From: Staphylococcus phage vB_SsapH-Golestan-100
DNA length: 64,000 nucleotides
Sequence record: LC647030.1
Reading direction: 5' to 3' (one strand)
The notes beneath the pieces are model-generated. The model searched no databases, was not told the DNA's origin, and saw only the letters and a program-made list of their open reading frames with translations. The position numbers and the translations under genes were made by a program. Shown in pieces: positions 28,101-38,136 of the stretch. The first letter of the stretch is position 1; each line of letters starts with the position of its first letter.

Positions 28101-29207
28101 GGAGGAGTTAAGTCCTTCTTTAGTGGTGGAGACGATGATAAGAAAAAAGATGGTAAGAAAAAAGATAAAACTAAAGGTAGAAAAGTAGACAAAGGAAGTC
28201 ACGTAGGTGCTTTTTCTAAGGCCTCAACAGCACCTCTTATTTCAGGCGTAGGTATGAAGGTAGGAATGTTCCCTACTAATACTGATGATGAAGAGAAAGA
28301 GAAAGGTGACAAGGCTAAAGGTAATAAGAAGAAAAAAGACCGTATGTCAGCAGAAAGACTACGTGAGAAGAACAATACTACTGAAACTAAAAACCTTTCT
28401 GTTTACAGAAACCTTTTAGAAAGAGCTGAACAAGTCCTCAATGATGCTAAATCACTTGACATGAATGGAGGAGACTCTGAAGGTGGAGACTCTGAAGGTG
28501 GTTCTGCTTCAGATGTAAAAGGTAAAGGAAAAGAAAAGATTTATAAATTCCTTAAAGGTAAAGGGTTATCTGACAACCAAGTATCTGCTGTTATGGGTAA
28601 CTTGCAACAAGAATCTCAGCTAGACCCTAAAGCTGTTAACAAGTCCAGTGGAGCTTTTGGTATTGCTCAATGGATGGGTTCTAGAAAATCAGGCCTTGAT
28701 GCACTAGCTAAGAAAAGAGGTAAAAAGAATACCGACCTGGATGTCCAACTTGATTATTTATGGTCAGAGATGGAAAAAGGGTATGACGCTGACATGCTGA
28801 AAAATGCAGGTTGGAGTGATAAAGCAAGTCTAGAAAAGAATACTGAAGCATTTGCTACTGGCTTTGAGCGTATGGGAACAGATGAAGCCATGATGAGTAC
28901 TCGTATCAGCAATGCTAAGAAATATAAGAAACAGTATGGTAAAGGCGGTAAAGGTGGAGGAGTTGTACTAGGTGGTTCAGGAGGAGGAGTTGCAATGGCT
29001 TCTCTTGACAATAACGTAACACCTATGGTAAACTCTTCACAGGGAGGAAATAACTCTTCAAATACAGATAACCGTACTTACAACGTTACAGTTAATGTCA
29101 ATGGTGCAGGAGACCCGCAACAAGTGGCAGAAAGTACAGCTAGCAAAATAGAGAGTATGTTACAGAATTCCAATGACTTCTTCTCTAGACAGCAAAACAA
29201 GAGATAG
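25167..29207 (+). CDS. Tail tape-measure protein with a C-terminal lysozyme-like (lytic transglycosylase) domain
   Basis: TTG start with RBS ggtaggtga. 1346 aa with coiled-coil and Gly-rich segments. ESQLDPKAVNKSSGAFGIAQWMG is an SLT/lysozyme-like motif at about aa 1150-1240. Confidence 0.7.
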   Translation: MDNYRIRVTGDGSNALNEIQKINKAMDNIDKRDSGKGFKGIESALKNVSKLTDEINKSVDNASNKSVLSQSQLEKDQKNIQQTLDTLRALRTEVDRATKQASKKGLTLDPQAQRSYKALGKEIDKIAQKRDMLGSKNVKPDASMRQAINDAKVFESRTQKATDALREQQRVAKQLQRDNREATRASRIVNDGLTNGRVTYNDRQRLNSALDKGRDVGGTPSYYKQQSNKIQSNIESSGSAIRENREKIEALNKRPQNLENKERKAQLMDENEELEKLIRNLQKAKGRYEDMDATAKKNFNATKTETGRDSFGTQAERGSFKATMADRAPSIAMAGIGATGFALTSSYMKGDTINKSNRDDMFFRGNLMGETDYGQVRRDMFSQGIDAGYGYNAENLNAMAGQYLEVNGYQGKKSMEEGLTQYQRAGRSLNIDNEAFQQSYTNIGRTGGMQGGQEIADFTNTFVGALDKSKMTHKSEQQLKALDSMVSQMGSTRTLGANDVNEMTALQGVMAESGLKTLQGEKGADAVNKISTGLQSNKTDPFNLQAMGYGSELNSVSGLREAMRREDEGATPENIKRLISQSGGGDMSAIALQTQFGLSSEQADGMLKLYDEGKLDKKNIDKYMEDSKKKGKKKADKDSDNVKDSKENKANKNEVARESQNSRTRENGQWVDDLASAGTSLNNAGYLLTAAAGALMVSATGSALMGGLSSMVRKLGSKGIKGTGQHYGGKVKEFGSKAKEWGGNVRRGGSDNAGKTSKGGESTKGGTKGGQTDSMRDFKTFDKDSTSGKTKRGRMRGFGKTITDAGRSFGDFIGLGGDTAKNQNGRGLGRSATGNTRRAKFGKGLKDFIFRDPMSKGGAGIISGGSKAGNIAKGAVGKLGLIGAGINAIDIGSSLAKGDDKAVSSKFGNFMGGIIDPLGLGYGDGLKKHATETADKAQNNKGLFGKGGLIDFSWSNGDKDSKNQFKDSILGKPISKAWGGVKSFFSGGDDDKKKDGKKKDKTKGRKVDKGSHVGAFSKASTAPLISGVGMKVGMFPTNTDDEEKEKGDKAKGNKKKKDRMSAERLREKNNTTETKNLSVYRNLLERAEQVLNDAKSLDMNGGDSEGGDSEGGSASDVKGKGKEKIYKFLKGKGLSDNQVSAVMGNLQQESQLDPKAVNKSSGAFGIAQWMGSRKSGLDALAKKRGKKNTDLDVQLDYLWSEMEKGYDADMLKNAGWSDKASLEKNTEAFATGFERMGTDEAMMSTRISNAKKYKKQYGKGGKGGGVVLGGSGGGVAMASLDNNVTPMVNSSQGGNNSSNTDNRTYNVTVNVNGAGDPQQVAESTASKIESMLQNSNDFFSRQQNKR

Positions 29208-29232
29208 GGTCTTCCCTATCTCTTTATTTTTA
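29202..29232 (+). terminator. Rho-independent terminator
   Basis: agataggg/ccctatct stem followed by ctttattttta. Confidence 0.5.
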
Positions 29233-29251
29233 ATAGAAAGTAGGTAAAGAT

Positions 29252-31645
29252 GTGGTCATAAATAAAAAGTTTCCAGGATTTAAAGTTTCTTTTAAAAGTG
29301 AGGAAAATGAATACTCAGTTAAATACAATACTAATGTAACCCCATCTTCTGAGCTTATAGAGGATAGGATAGTTGGGATGCAAAGTAAAAATGCCTTTGC
29401 AGATGATGCAGGAACATTCAGTGTTGTGTTAGCAGGAGACACTTATTGGGATAAACTTATAGATGTAAATGACATTATGAGAATATACATTAATCCTGAT
29501 ACAACAGATTCAAATAAGAGCTATCAAATGGTTGCTATAGGTATGGTTAGTAGAGTTGCAAAACAAGGGTCATATGACCAAAATCAAAATACCTATTTAA
29601 TAACTGGTCAATCATTTGCAAAACCTTTTATGAAGTTTGGTTTAGGAGTTATACAAGAGGTACAATCAGTACTCTCTAGTGTCGGGTGGCTACCTGATGG
29701 TGGAGATAAAGGTATACAATTTACAGGCTCTAACGCTAGAGATGTAGCAGAGCAAATACTAAATAGGTTTTCTAAGTTTATGAAATATAATTATGACAAT
29801 AAACAAACACCAATCACAGATTTTTTTGAGTGGAATCTAGATTCCTGGACAGCCTATGAAAACCTTAAAGACCCAACACCGTACATAAACTTCGATGGTT
29901 CTTTGAAGCAACTGTTAGATGATGTTACAGCAAAACCTTTCAATGAGTCATTCTTTAGGAATAGTACAATCACTGATAAAGGTGAATACGTAATGAGAAG
30001 AACTCCTTTTAATGTGACAGATTGGAAAAACCTAGATTATGTAGGTATAACTACACGAGATGTAATAGAGGAGGATGTAAGTAAAAGTGATACAGAAACT
30101 AACTCTATATTTACAGTTACAAGTCCTCAAATGATTAAAGAACTATCTCCTGACCTATTCTCTAAACCCCAATTTCACCAATCATTAGTTGATAGATACG
30201 GTTACTCTAAACTAGAAGTCGAAAACAGGTATATTGCTATTGATTCAAAAACAGGTGAGGGTGATGAAGACAAGGATAAAGATAAGGAATCTGAGACATC
30301 TAAAGGTACTGATAACCTTACCTACAATAGAATCAGTGTAATATTTAGTAACTATGACAAACAAACAGCTCAAGTAAACTCTAAAAAACTTACAGGTCAA
30401 ATTGCAGGTACTTATAAAGGCGTTTCTAAAAAGCAAGCTAAAAAAGCTGTAGATAAGTTTATAAAATCAGGTCAATTTACAAAAGCTGATTATAAAGAAG
30501 CATTTAATAAAGACCCTGATGAAGAAGTTAAAGAGGATAAACGTGAAGAACCTACCGTAGCAAATGTTAGAGGCTATTTAAAAGACAAGTACCCTGAAGC
30601 TAAAGGTCTTAAAAAGACAGCTGACAGAAATGAAGCAATAGATAAGCTAGTTAAAAAGTATAAGGGCGTAACTAACATTACAGGAGCCAACCTTATAAAT
30701 AAATATGTAAAATCAAACGGACAATTACCTGATAGTGATTATCAAGCCTTTATAAAGTCATTACAAGATGGGCAAAACACAGCTATAGAAACTGACACAG
30801 ATGAAGGTACTGAGGGTTTGAAGGTCTTCTCTAAAATGCTATTTAATTGGTATCACATGAACTCTAACTTCTATTCAGGAGAAATTACTATAGTAGGTAA
30901 TCCGTATATAGAACTTGGTAAGAGACTATTTATTATAGATAAACAAGATAATGATAACTGGGAGTTTTACATAGAATCTGTTGAGCATAAGTTCACTTTT
31001 AAAGAAGGTTTTAAAACCGTTATAGGCGTTACTAGAGGATTGAAAGAAGCTACAGTTCCTGAAGGAAGTCCATACAGATTTGGTGTGCTGTGGAACAAAT
31101 CATCAGACTTTAAAGGTGGATTACTGGGTGAGAAAGAATCAGAAGACCTTAAAAAAGAAGGTTATGAATCTAAGAAAAGTAAGGGTGACGATTCAGACAG
31201 CTCAGGAGCTAATGATGGTGGTAGTCTTGATAAACTAAAAGAGTTTGACGGTAAGTTACCTAAATATGATTTTAAAACACGTTCAGGAAACTACTTTACT
31301 GTTAATCAGTGTACATGGTACTGTTATAATAGAAGAGCCCAGCTAGGTATTAAGCTAGAAATAAGTCAAAGTAACTGGTGGCACGATGCTTGGAAATGGG
31401 TAGACAGAAGTAAGAGAGATGGATACAGTGGAGGTAAAACCCCTAAACAAGGAGCTGTTGCTGTATGGCAACGTGGAGTACCAGGAGGAAGCGCTCAGTT
31501 TGGTCACGTATCTATTGTAGAGAAGGTTCTAGATGGTGGTAAAAGAATGAAATTATCAGAGTATAACTTTAAAAATCCTGAAGCCTACGGTGAACGTACA
31601 GTAGATGTTGACAATGACGTATACTTCATATATGATAAAGGGTAG
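29252..31645 (+). CDS. Tail-associated peptidoglycan hydrolase with a C-terminal CHAP domain
   Basis: GTG start. 797 aa. NQCTWYCYNRR...GHVSIVEKV is a CHAP Cys/His motif within the last about 110 aa. Confidence 0.7.
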   Translation: MVINKKFPGFKVSFKSEENEYSVKYNTNVTPSSELIEDRIVGMQSKNAFADDAGTFSVVLAGDTYWDKLIDVNDIMRIYINPDTTDSNKSYQMVAIGMVSRVAKQGSYDQNQNTYLITGQSFAKPFMKFGLGVIQEVQSVLSSVGWLPDGGDKGIQFTGSNARDVAEQILNRFSKFMKYNYDNKQTPITDFFEWNLDSWTAYENLKDPTPYINFDGSLKQLLDDVTAKPFNESFFRNSTITDKGEYVMRRTPFNVTDWKNLDYVGITTRDVIEEDVSKSDTETNSIFTVTSPQMIKELSPDLFSKPQFHQSLVDRYGYSKLEVENRYIAIDSKTGEGDEDKDKDKESETSKGTDNLTYNRISVIFSNYDKQTAQVNSKKLTGQIAGTYKGVSKKQAKKAVDKFIKSGQFTKADYKEAFNKDPDEEVKEDKREEPTVANVRGYLKDKYPEAKGLKKTADRNEAIDKLVKKYKGVTNITGANLINKYVKSNGQLPDSDYQAFIKSLQDGQNTAIETDTDEGTEGLKVFSKMLFNWYHMNSNFYSGEITIVGNPYIELGKRLFIIDKQDNDNWEFYIESVEHKFTFKEGFKTVIGVTRGLKEATVPEGSPYRFGVLWNKSSDFKGGLLGEKESEDLKKEGYESKKSKGDDSDSSGANDGGSLDKLKEFDGKLPKYDFKTRSGNYFTVNQCTWYCYNRRAQLGIKLEISQSNWWHDAWKWVDRSKRDGYSGGKTPKQGAVAVWQRGVPGGSAQFGHVSIVEKVLDGGKRMKLSEYNFKNPEAYGERTVDVDNDVYFIYDKG

Positions 31646-31659
31646 GGGGTAATTGACAA

Positions 31660-32577
31660 ATGGAAGTAACAAAAAGACTAGCAACAGACACTATAAACAA
31701 ATTTATATATAATACAAATGAATACATCAGTAACAGTTTAGAAGAGCAAGCAGAAAAGGACAAAGAGTTGGATTCACTTGTAATACCTGACTTAATACCC
31801 GCAATATCTGAAGTTAGGCCTTACACTAACATTGTTACAGGAATGCGTATCATAGACTATAACATTAACTATAATAGGCTAGATAATTATAAAGTAGATG
31901 CTGATGTTGAATTAACTTCTAGAAGTGCTTTGACAACAAGTACAACTAGCTCTACCAATGTAATAAAAATAAAATTAGTTTTAGAGCCTATTAATGAGAG
32001 TCTATTAATTACAGAGTATAGTAAAGATGTAGTTAATATCAGTGAGGAAGATACTTATGATGAAGACATGGCAGAGGGTATACCTATGGTTATATCCTTT
32101 ACTAATTCATTACTAGAAGACAAACCTAATTTAACTAATCTATATTATGCTTATAGAGGAAGACCTTCTACAGACCCATTAGACTATATTAACGATAATC
32201 CTGTAGGCGTGGACATGTATACTATAATTTACTGGATGATGAAACACCAAGAAATACCTAATGACTTTAATTATCCTTTGACATCAGAGGACTTTATAAG
32301 TTATGATGGTATATATGAGGTATACTCTAAAGGGCATAAGTATAAGTATTATCTTGATGAGATGGAAAAAGGTGACTTTGTATTCTTTGATGATAATGAC
32401 ACTACAGTAGGTATATACATTGGAGACAACAGATGCATCACCATTACAGGTAAACAGCCATATGACAGAAGTGGAGGTTTAGACTTTATTGTATTAGAGG
32501 ATGAATGGTGGGATAGATTTAATGGTAGGATTATGAGATTTAAAGAGGAGGATGTAGTAAGATGGGAGCTAATGTAG
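31660..32577 (+). CDS. Tail/baseplate protein (305 aa)
   Basis: ORF with RBS tagggggtaa. Called from its position. Confidence 0.45.
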   Translation: MEVTKRLATDTINKFIYNTNEYISNSLEEQAEKDKELDSLVIPDLIPAISEVRPYTNIVTGMRIIDYNINYNRLDNYKVDADVELTSRSALTTSTTSSTNVIKIKLVLEPINESLLITEYSKDVVNISEEDTYDEDMAEGIPMVISFTNSLLEDKPNLTNLYYAYRGRPSTDPLDYINDNPVGVDMYTIIYWMMKHQEIPNDFNYPLTSEDFISYDGIYEVYSKGHKYKYYLDEMEKGDFVFFDDNDTTVGIYIGDNRCITITGKQPYDRSGGLDFIVLEDEWWDRFNGRIMRFKEEDVVRWELM

Positions 32578-35500
32578 TAAGAAGACAATCAGGACTTGGA
32601 ACTACCTTTTCAGAAACAACTTCTGAAGACAATAAAATGAAGAGCTTGATTTTAGCTAGAATCATAAAAGTATACTATAAGTATCAAACTGTTGAATTAG
32701 AGGCACTATCAGGTAAGTTGTCATTAGGTAAAGGTAACAACACAGAAGGTAGATTTTCAGCTCCATATCCTAAGTCTTTCACAGGATTAACTCCTGAGAA
32801 TGAAGTATATGGCTCTATACCTGTTATGTCTCCAGGCATGATAGTACTTGTTGGTTTTATTAATGATAACCCTAGTAACCCTATAATCGTTAATAGTTAT
32901 GGACTAAATGAGCATAATAAGCAATTAGTTAGAACACCATTATTAAGTGGTGACATGAGAGATGGCAAGAACTATAAATTCAACTCAGCATCTTTTACAC
33001 TATCACCTAGTTTAACTTATCAGTTTAAAGATGGTGAAGGCAATGAAGTTAATACATGGAATGGTTATACATTTCAATCTATAACTTCTGATGCTAATAA
33101 TTTACCTGTAGCTACTGACTACATGGATGGTAGTTATTACATGGATTTATATACTAGTAAGTATGGTGACGGTTCTTTAATTGAACCTAGAACTAAGCAA
33201 GCTCCTGCAATATTTTTTAAACACCAAGGAGAATATACATCAGATGGTGAGTTAGATAATCATATATACATGGACTATATAGAGCCTGATGGTACACATA
33301 GAACTACTTCTATGAATAGAGAAGAGCAATGGAGAACATCTGTTGAGCAAGGACATAAAGGTGACTGGAGAGTAAGGTACCAAGCAGATAGCATTATATT
33401 AGACGATGCACTAGACTACATAGAATTTGGTTTAGATAGTGATAACCAAAGATTTTATGTAGAAAACCCAAATCATTCTTTTGAAGTCACAGATGAGGGT
33501 ATTATGGTTGATGGAAAGCCTCTATTAGCTAACATAGATGACAGTATTGAAGAAGCCTTTAAACATCTAGATGAGATAGAAAGTCAAATGGAAGAAGTTC
33601 AGAACATACTTGAAGGCTTAGGTGAGAGAAGTTTAAGAGAACTTATAAACGCTACTAATGAAGCTATAGCTAAAACTGAACAAAATGAAACTAAGATAAG
33701 TGCGCTTAATAAGGCTATAAATGAAAATACTAATAATATTGCAGGTATGATAGAGAAGTACGATAACTTTATGGATACTGTAAGAACCTATATTCAAGAT
33801 AATGATACTAATATTAACAGTATTAGAGACCGATTGAGAGCGGTTGAAAACTCATCTGATTTAGAACCACTCAAAAAAGATTTAGAAAAATATAAATATA
33901 AAACATACAAAGATGTTAGAGTGGAAGCTGATTTACCTAGATACTTTGCTGGTTATGATGCTATACTAACAGGCTCTCAAAATACAAAGTATAACTTGCA
34001 AGCATTTGCCATGGATAGTAAATACTACTTTTTATTATTTAAACCTGAAGGTTCAGGAGACAAAAGAAATATCTTGGTAGTTTATGATAAGTTTTTAAAA
34101 GAAATCAATAAGTATTTCTTTGGCCAAGGAGTAATTCAAACGATAGCTATTGACGTGCCTGCTAATACGACTAATCGTTATCTCTATACTAAGCTCGATG
34201 ACCAAACAATAGTTTCTTATGACTTAACAGCAATAGATAGTAAGGATGTCTTGACATTTAGTGACATTACTAGTAAAGAGCCTAGAGCATCATATTCAGT
34301 ACCTGTTCAGGACACTATACTAAAGGTTAGAGATAACTGGTTAGTTAAGACAGTAATTGACAGCTTTGGTTATGCTACTTACACGCTTTATGATAAGAAT
34401 TTCTCTAACCCATCTAAGTTATACAAATTACGTAATAATAGTAATGTTGTAGGCTCTATGATGGATGGTGGAAACTTAGCCCAAGTAATTCAAACCCAAA
34501 ATACAGCAGGAGTACAAATAGTTAATTCTGACAATAGTATTCAGGATTACACGTACAGTAACACAGAGTTAAACTCCTTTATCCAAAGTAAGATAGGAGT
34601 TTCTACTTCAACAGCTAAACAGGTAGGTGCTTTTAGTAGCTCTGATGTTTACTTATCTACTATAGTTTACAATGAGGATACAAGCTATGGAAAGACTAAG
34701 GGCATTGCGATTATAGAACATAAAGCATCTAATAGGGATTACAAGTTTAGAGAGTTCTCTTTACCTGTAGACCAAAGACTTACAGTGGCCTGTATAGGTA
34801 CAAAGCTATTTAACACAAATACAAACTCTGAGATTAATAGTATAGAGGATTTACTCACTACTATGACAGACTTGAAGATGAGTTCATTCTCACTATATAC
34901 AAGTAATACTAATATAATTGATTTTAATTCATCTACAAAAGTACCTACAGATGTTATTGTAACTATATCCATGTTAACGGATAAAACATTCTATGTTACC
35001 TATACATTTACTAAAAACAACCAAGAGAACAATTACATCATAAAGAACACAAGCTCAGGTTATGCTTACACAAGTATTGATAATGAACCTGTACTTAATA
35101 ACATAGATGTATATACACTTAAAAATGTAGGTAAATCGTACGTAGTAAATGGTACTAACCTACCTGAAGGAAGTACAGAAGGCTTTGTAGAATTCAGACA
35201 AACACCTAATGCAAGTTTGTTAGTATTTATTGATGCTACATCATTAAACCAATACGGTGCTATAAAAAAAGGCACACAATGGGGAGATTGGAAACTATTA
35301 TCAAAGGAGATTTTTAAACCAAAAGGAGGCGGGTCGGATAAGTATAAATCAATGACAGAGTTGATGAGTGTGGTTCCTGCTGGTACACAATGGGAGATAG
35401 TAACTAAAAACCTATATTCAGACACACTGGTATCAGCCATACATGGAGGAGGTATAGAGATAGGTACATCAGAGTTAGCAGAAGAAGTAGCAACAGAATC

Positions 35501-35960
35501 TAACAAGGATTACTTCTCCTTCTTAGGTAAGAAATCATCAAATAACTCTGAATTACATGTTACCTCTACTAATTATGATGAGCCTACATTGTTTACTATG
35601 CTTAGACGTTCTTTATATTCTGTAGCAATACACGGAGCTAGTGGAGATGACAAAGTTATCTATGTAGGAGGAGCAGACGCTACAAACAAGGCTATCATGA
35701 AAGCAGAACTGATTAATGCTGGATTTGACGCTCAAGATGCTCCTGATAACCTAGCGGGTCTAGAGCCAAATAATATATCTAATCAGACCAAAAGAAAAGG
35801 GTGTGTTCAGTTAGAGTTAACTACAGCACTTAGAAAATCATTCTTTTTAAATGATGACTGGTCTAAAGCTAACAGAAGTAATAGGGATAATTGGACACCT
35901 ACTCTATTTAACTTAACAACAGCTATAACAACTGCAATTAGTAAATTTGAAAATGACTAA
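32562..35960 (+). CDS. Large tail fiber/baseplate protein with a C-terminal poly-gamma-glutamate hydrolase (PghP)-like domain
   Basis: 1132 aa. The C-terminal about 200 aa carry AIHGGGIEIGTSELAEE ... LHVTSTNYDEPT ... AIHGASGDD ... YVGGAD, which matches the PghP/Gamma_PGA_hydro family signature as I recall it. Confidence 0.5.
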   Translation: MGANVVRRQSGLGTTFSETTSEDNKMKSLILARIIKVYYKYQTVELEALSGKLSLGKGNNTEGRFSAPYPKSFTGLTPENEVYGSIPVMSPGMIVLVGFINDNPSNPIIVNSYGLNEHNKQLVRTPLLSGDMRDGKNYKFNSASFTLSPSLTYQFKDGEGNEVNTWNGYTFQSITSDANNLPVATDYMDGSYYMDLYTSKYGDGSLIEPRTKQAPAIFFKHQGEYTSDGELDNHIYMDYIEPDGTHRTTSMNREEQWRTSVEQGHKGDWRVRYQADSIILDDALDYIEFGLDSDNQRFYVENPNHSFEVTDEGIMVDGKPLLANIDDSIEEAFKHLDEIESQMEEVQNILEGLGERSLRELINATNEAIAKTEQNETKISALNKAINENTNNIAGMIEKYDNFMDTVRTYIQDNDTNINSIRDRLRAVENSSDLEPLKKDLEKYKYKTYKDVRVEADLPRYFAGYDAILTGSQNTKYNLQAFAMDSKYYFLLFKPEGSGDKRNILVVYDKFLKEINKYFFGQGVIQTIAIDVPANTTNRYLYTKLDDQTIVSYDLTAIDSKDVLTFSDITSKEPRASYSVPVQDTILKVRDNWLVKTVIDSFGYATYTLYDKNFSNPSKLYKLRNNSNVVGSMMDGGNLAQVIQTQNTAGVQIVNSDNSIQDYTYSNTELNSFIQSKIGVSTSTAKQVGAFSSSDVYLSTIVYNEDTSYGKTKGIAIIEHKASNRDYKFREFSLPVDQRLTVACIGTKLFNTNTNSEINSIEDLLTTMTDLKMSSFSLYTSNTNIIDFNSSTKVPTDVIVTISMLTDKTFYVTYTFTKNNQENNYIIKNTSSGYAYTSIDNEPVLNNIDVYTLKNVGKSYVVNGTNLPEGSTEGFVEFRQTPNASLLVFIDATSLNQYGAIKKGTQWGDWKLLSKEIFKPKGGGSDKYKSMTELMSVVPAGTQWEIVTKNLYSDTLVSAIHGGGIEIGTSELAEEVATESNKDYFSFLGKKSSNNSELHVTSTNYDEPTLFTMLRRSLYSVAIHGASGDDKVIYVGGADATNKAIMKAELINAGFDAQDAPDNLAGLEPNNISNQTKRKGCVQLELTTALRKSFFLNDDWSKANRSNRDNWTPTLFNLTTAITTAISKFEND

Positions 35961-35962
35961 GT

Positions 35963-35990
35963 AGAAGAGGATAACACCTCTTCTTTTTTA
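35963..35990 (+). terminator. Rho-independent terminator
   Basis: agaagagg/cctcttct stem followed by T6. Confidence 0.6.
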
Positions 35991-36093
35991 TTGTATGTTA
36001 TATTAATTTTGAAGAAGACCACAAGATAAAATACTTGCAATACCTTATAAGTATGGTATAATAATTGCATAGACTATAGAAAGGAGTTATATT

Positions 36094-36888
36094 ATGCCTC
36101 AATCAGACGGTACAAATACACTAAAAAGAATTGCATTACACTTTTCTGATGACAATGGTAGTTTTACTAACTCTACTGAAGACATTTATAGATTTGCTGT
36201 AAACCCTGAAAATTATAGACATACAATGCCACAACGTTCTAATGTTTTAAAAACTAAGTCAAGTATAATAGTAGAAGACTATGGAAAAGACATTGAAACT
36301 ATTACCTTTTCAGGTACAACAGGCTTTAGAAAGATAAAACAAAATGGCAAGGTAATGAATGGTAAACAAAGAATGGATGAGTTAATATCTCTAGTAGACT
36401 ACTACGCTCAGTCAAGTGGAGGTAGCGGTAATAGACCTTCACATTTAAGATTTTATAATCGTACAGACGATGTTAACAAACTAGTGACATTAGCACCTGA
36501 AGGATTAACAGTTACAAGAGACAAAGAAAATCCATTGATGTACCAGTATGAAATAACATTAATAGTTTTAGGGTTTGCTTGGGAAGATGGAGACAATGCA
36601 AAAACAGACCCTGAGTTTGGTAACGTTAAACCTAGTCCTAGCCAAGATGCTACCAATAAGTTTTTAGACCAAAATGACTATGACTACGGGTATAGAGACC
36701 AAAATAATAATGCTATGAACAATGGTGACAACAGGTTTACTGACCATATCAAAGATACTGATAACAACATACAAGCTAATAATACTAGTAGTACAGTAGC
36801 TAACCCAAGAGTTAACCTCAGAGGTATGTCGAGTTCTGTATCAAATATGGCTCAAATTGTAGGCTATGGGAATGGTGGTGTAGGTTAA
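36094..36888 (+). CDS. Baseplate/tail protein (264 aa)
   Basis: ORF with RBS aaaggag. Confidence 0.45.
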   Translation: MPQSDGTNTLKRIALHFSDDNGSFTNSTEDIYRFAVNPENYRHTMPQRSNVLKTKSSIIVEDYGKDIETITFSGTTGFRKIKQNGKVMNGKQRMDELISLVDYYAQSSGGSGNRPSHLRFYNRTDDVNKLVTLAPEGLTVTRDKENPLMYQYEITLIVLGFAWEDGDNAKTDPEFGNVKPSPSQDATNKFLDQNDYDYGYRDQNNNAMNNGDNRFTDHIKDTDNNIQANNTSSTVANPRVNLRGMSSSVSNMAQIVGYGNGGVG

Positions 36889-37421
36889 TGGATTATAGAA
36901 TAAGACAAACAAGTAGTTTACTAAGATTTTTAAAAACAATTGATGTCTCAGATGACACAAGAGTATTAGCTAATAGACTAGATGGTGAGCTAACTTTCAC
37001 TTCTAAGTACTATACTCCCAATTTAATACTAAGTGAGCTAGCAGTAAAAGCTTTACAAGACATAAAAAATAATGTAGTACCTTATACGGATACTGACATC
37101 AATAAGGAGAGTATAGTTAATAGCCTTAGAAAAACAGACTTAGCTATAAGAGAGCCTGGTGTTTACCAAATACTACAAACTATTGTATTAGAAGCGTTTG
37201 CATTAATAAACAGTGTTACTGAATCACCTACAGCCCTAAAGTATGTAACAAAGAAAGACATAGCTCTTACTAGAGATAACCTAAACTATGTATCTGATTA
37301 TTTAGGTGATTACCCTGATTACATTACTGTTTTAGATAAGCTAAGAGAACTAGACATCAGTTTTGGTTATATTGAGAACCAATTAGATTTAATGAAAGTA
37401 GGTGTTGTTGATGAGGTATAA
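36888..37421 (+). CDS. Baseplate protein (177 aa)
   Basis: ATG overlapping the upstream stop. Confidence 0.45.
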   Translation: MDYRIRQTSSLLRFLKTIDVSDDTRVLANRLDGELTFTSKYYTPNLILSELAVKALQDIKNNVVPYTDTDINKESIVNSLRKTDLAIREPGVYQILQTIVLEAFALINSVTESPTALKYVTKKDIALTRDNLNYVSDYLGDYPDYITVLDKLRELDISFGYIENQLDLMKVGVVDEV

Positions 37422-38118
37422 AAAGTATAGAATACAATACCAAGACACCGTACAAGGTATAGCACAAAGATTTTATGGAGATGTGAGTAGTTGGTTTGAA
37501 CTAGTAGAGTATAATAACTTAGAGTATCCTTATATAGTAGATACTAATGCAGAAAAACTTGAAAATTTAGAGCATTTAGTGACGATAGGTGATGAGCTTA
37601 TCATACCTATAGAGGATGATTTAGCTACATATGATGTAAGTAAAATAAACAAACATGACTCAAGTATTATGATGGATTGGTCTCTAGGCATGGATATAGA
37701 CATGCTTAGTGGTGAACAGACTTTTAAGAATCATGGTACAAGTGATGAGATTACAGAGTTAGACGCAGACCCTAGTACACATGACTTATCTTTAAGAAAA
37801 GGTGTATCTAATATGGTTCAGGCCTTAACTGCTAGACTCTTAACCGCTAGAGGTAGTTTATTATTACATCCTGATTATGGCTCAGAGTTACATAACCTAT
37901 TTGGTAAAGCTTTACCTGAGCAAGCATTGCTTATAGAAACAGAAATAACTAGATGTTTAATGAGTGATTCACGAGTAAAATCGGTAACACAAGATAACTA
38001 CACTATACAAGGAAATGAATACAAAGGAGCCTTTACGGTTGACTTAGAGTCTGTGGAGAAATCGTTAAGATTTGTATTAGAGGCAGACCCATCAGGAATT
38101 ATCGCTAGATTTGAATAG
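37402..38118 (+). CDS. Baseplate wedge protein: N-terminal LysM-like domain plus gp25/GpW-like domain
   Basis: YRIQYQDTVQGIAQRFYGD...GDELIIP is a LysM-like fold motif. LLLHPDYGSELHNLFGKALPE resembles gp25/GPW. Confidence 0.5.
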   Translation: MLLMRYKKYRIQYQDTVQGIAQRFYGDVSSWFELVEYNNLEYPYIVDTNAEKLENLEHLVTIGDELIIPIEDDLATYDVSKINKHDSSIMMDWSLGMDIDMLSGEQTFKNHGTSDEITELDADPSTHDLSLRKGVSNMVQALTARLLTARGSLLLHPDYGSELHNLFGKALPEQALLIETEITRCLMSDSRVKSVTQDNYTIQGNEYKGAFTVDLESVEKSLRFVLEADPSGIIARFE

Positions 38119-38136
38119 GAAGGAAGGACAAACGAC

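Noticed and set aside
25175-29011. Several minus-strand ORFs inside the tape-measure gene (25175..25360, 26582..27088, 27476..27898, 27977..28192, 28754..29011)
   Set aside because: Antisense to a long, clearly coding gene. Their Pro/Leu-rich composition mirrors its Gly/Lys-rich codons.
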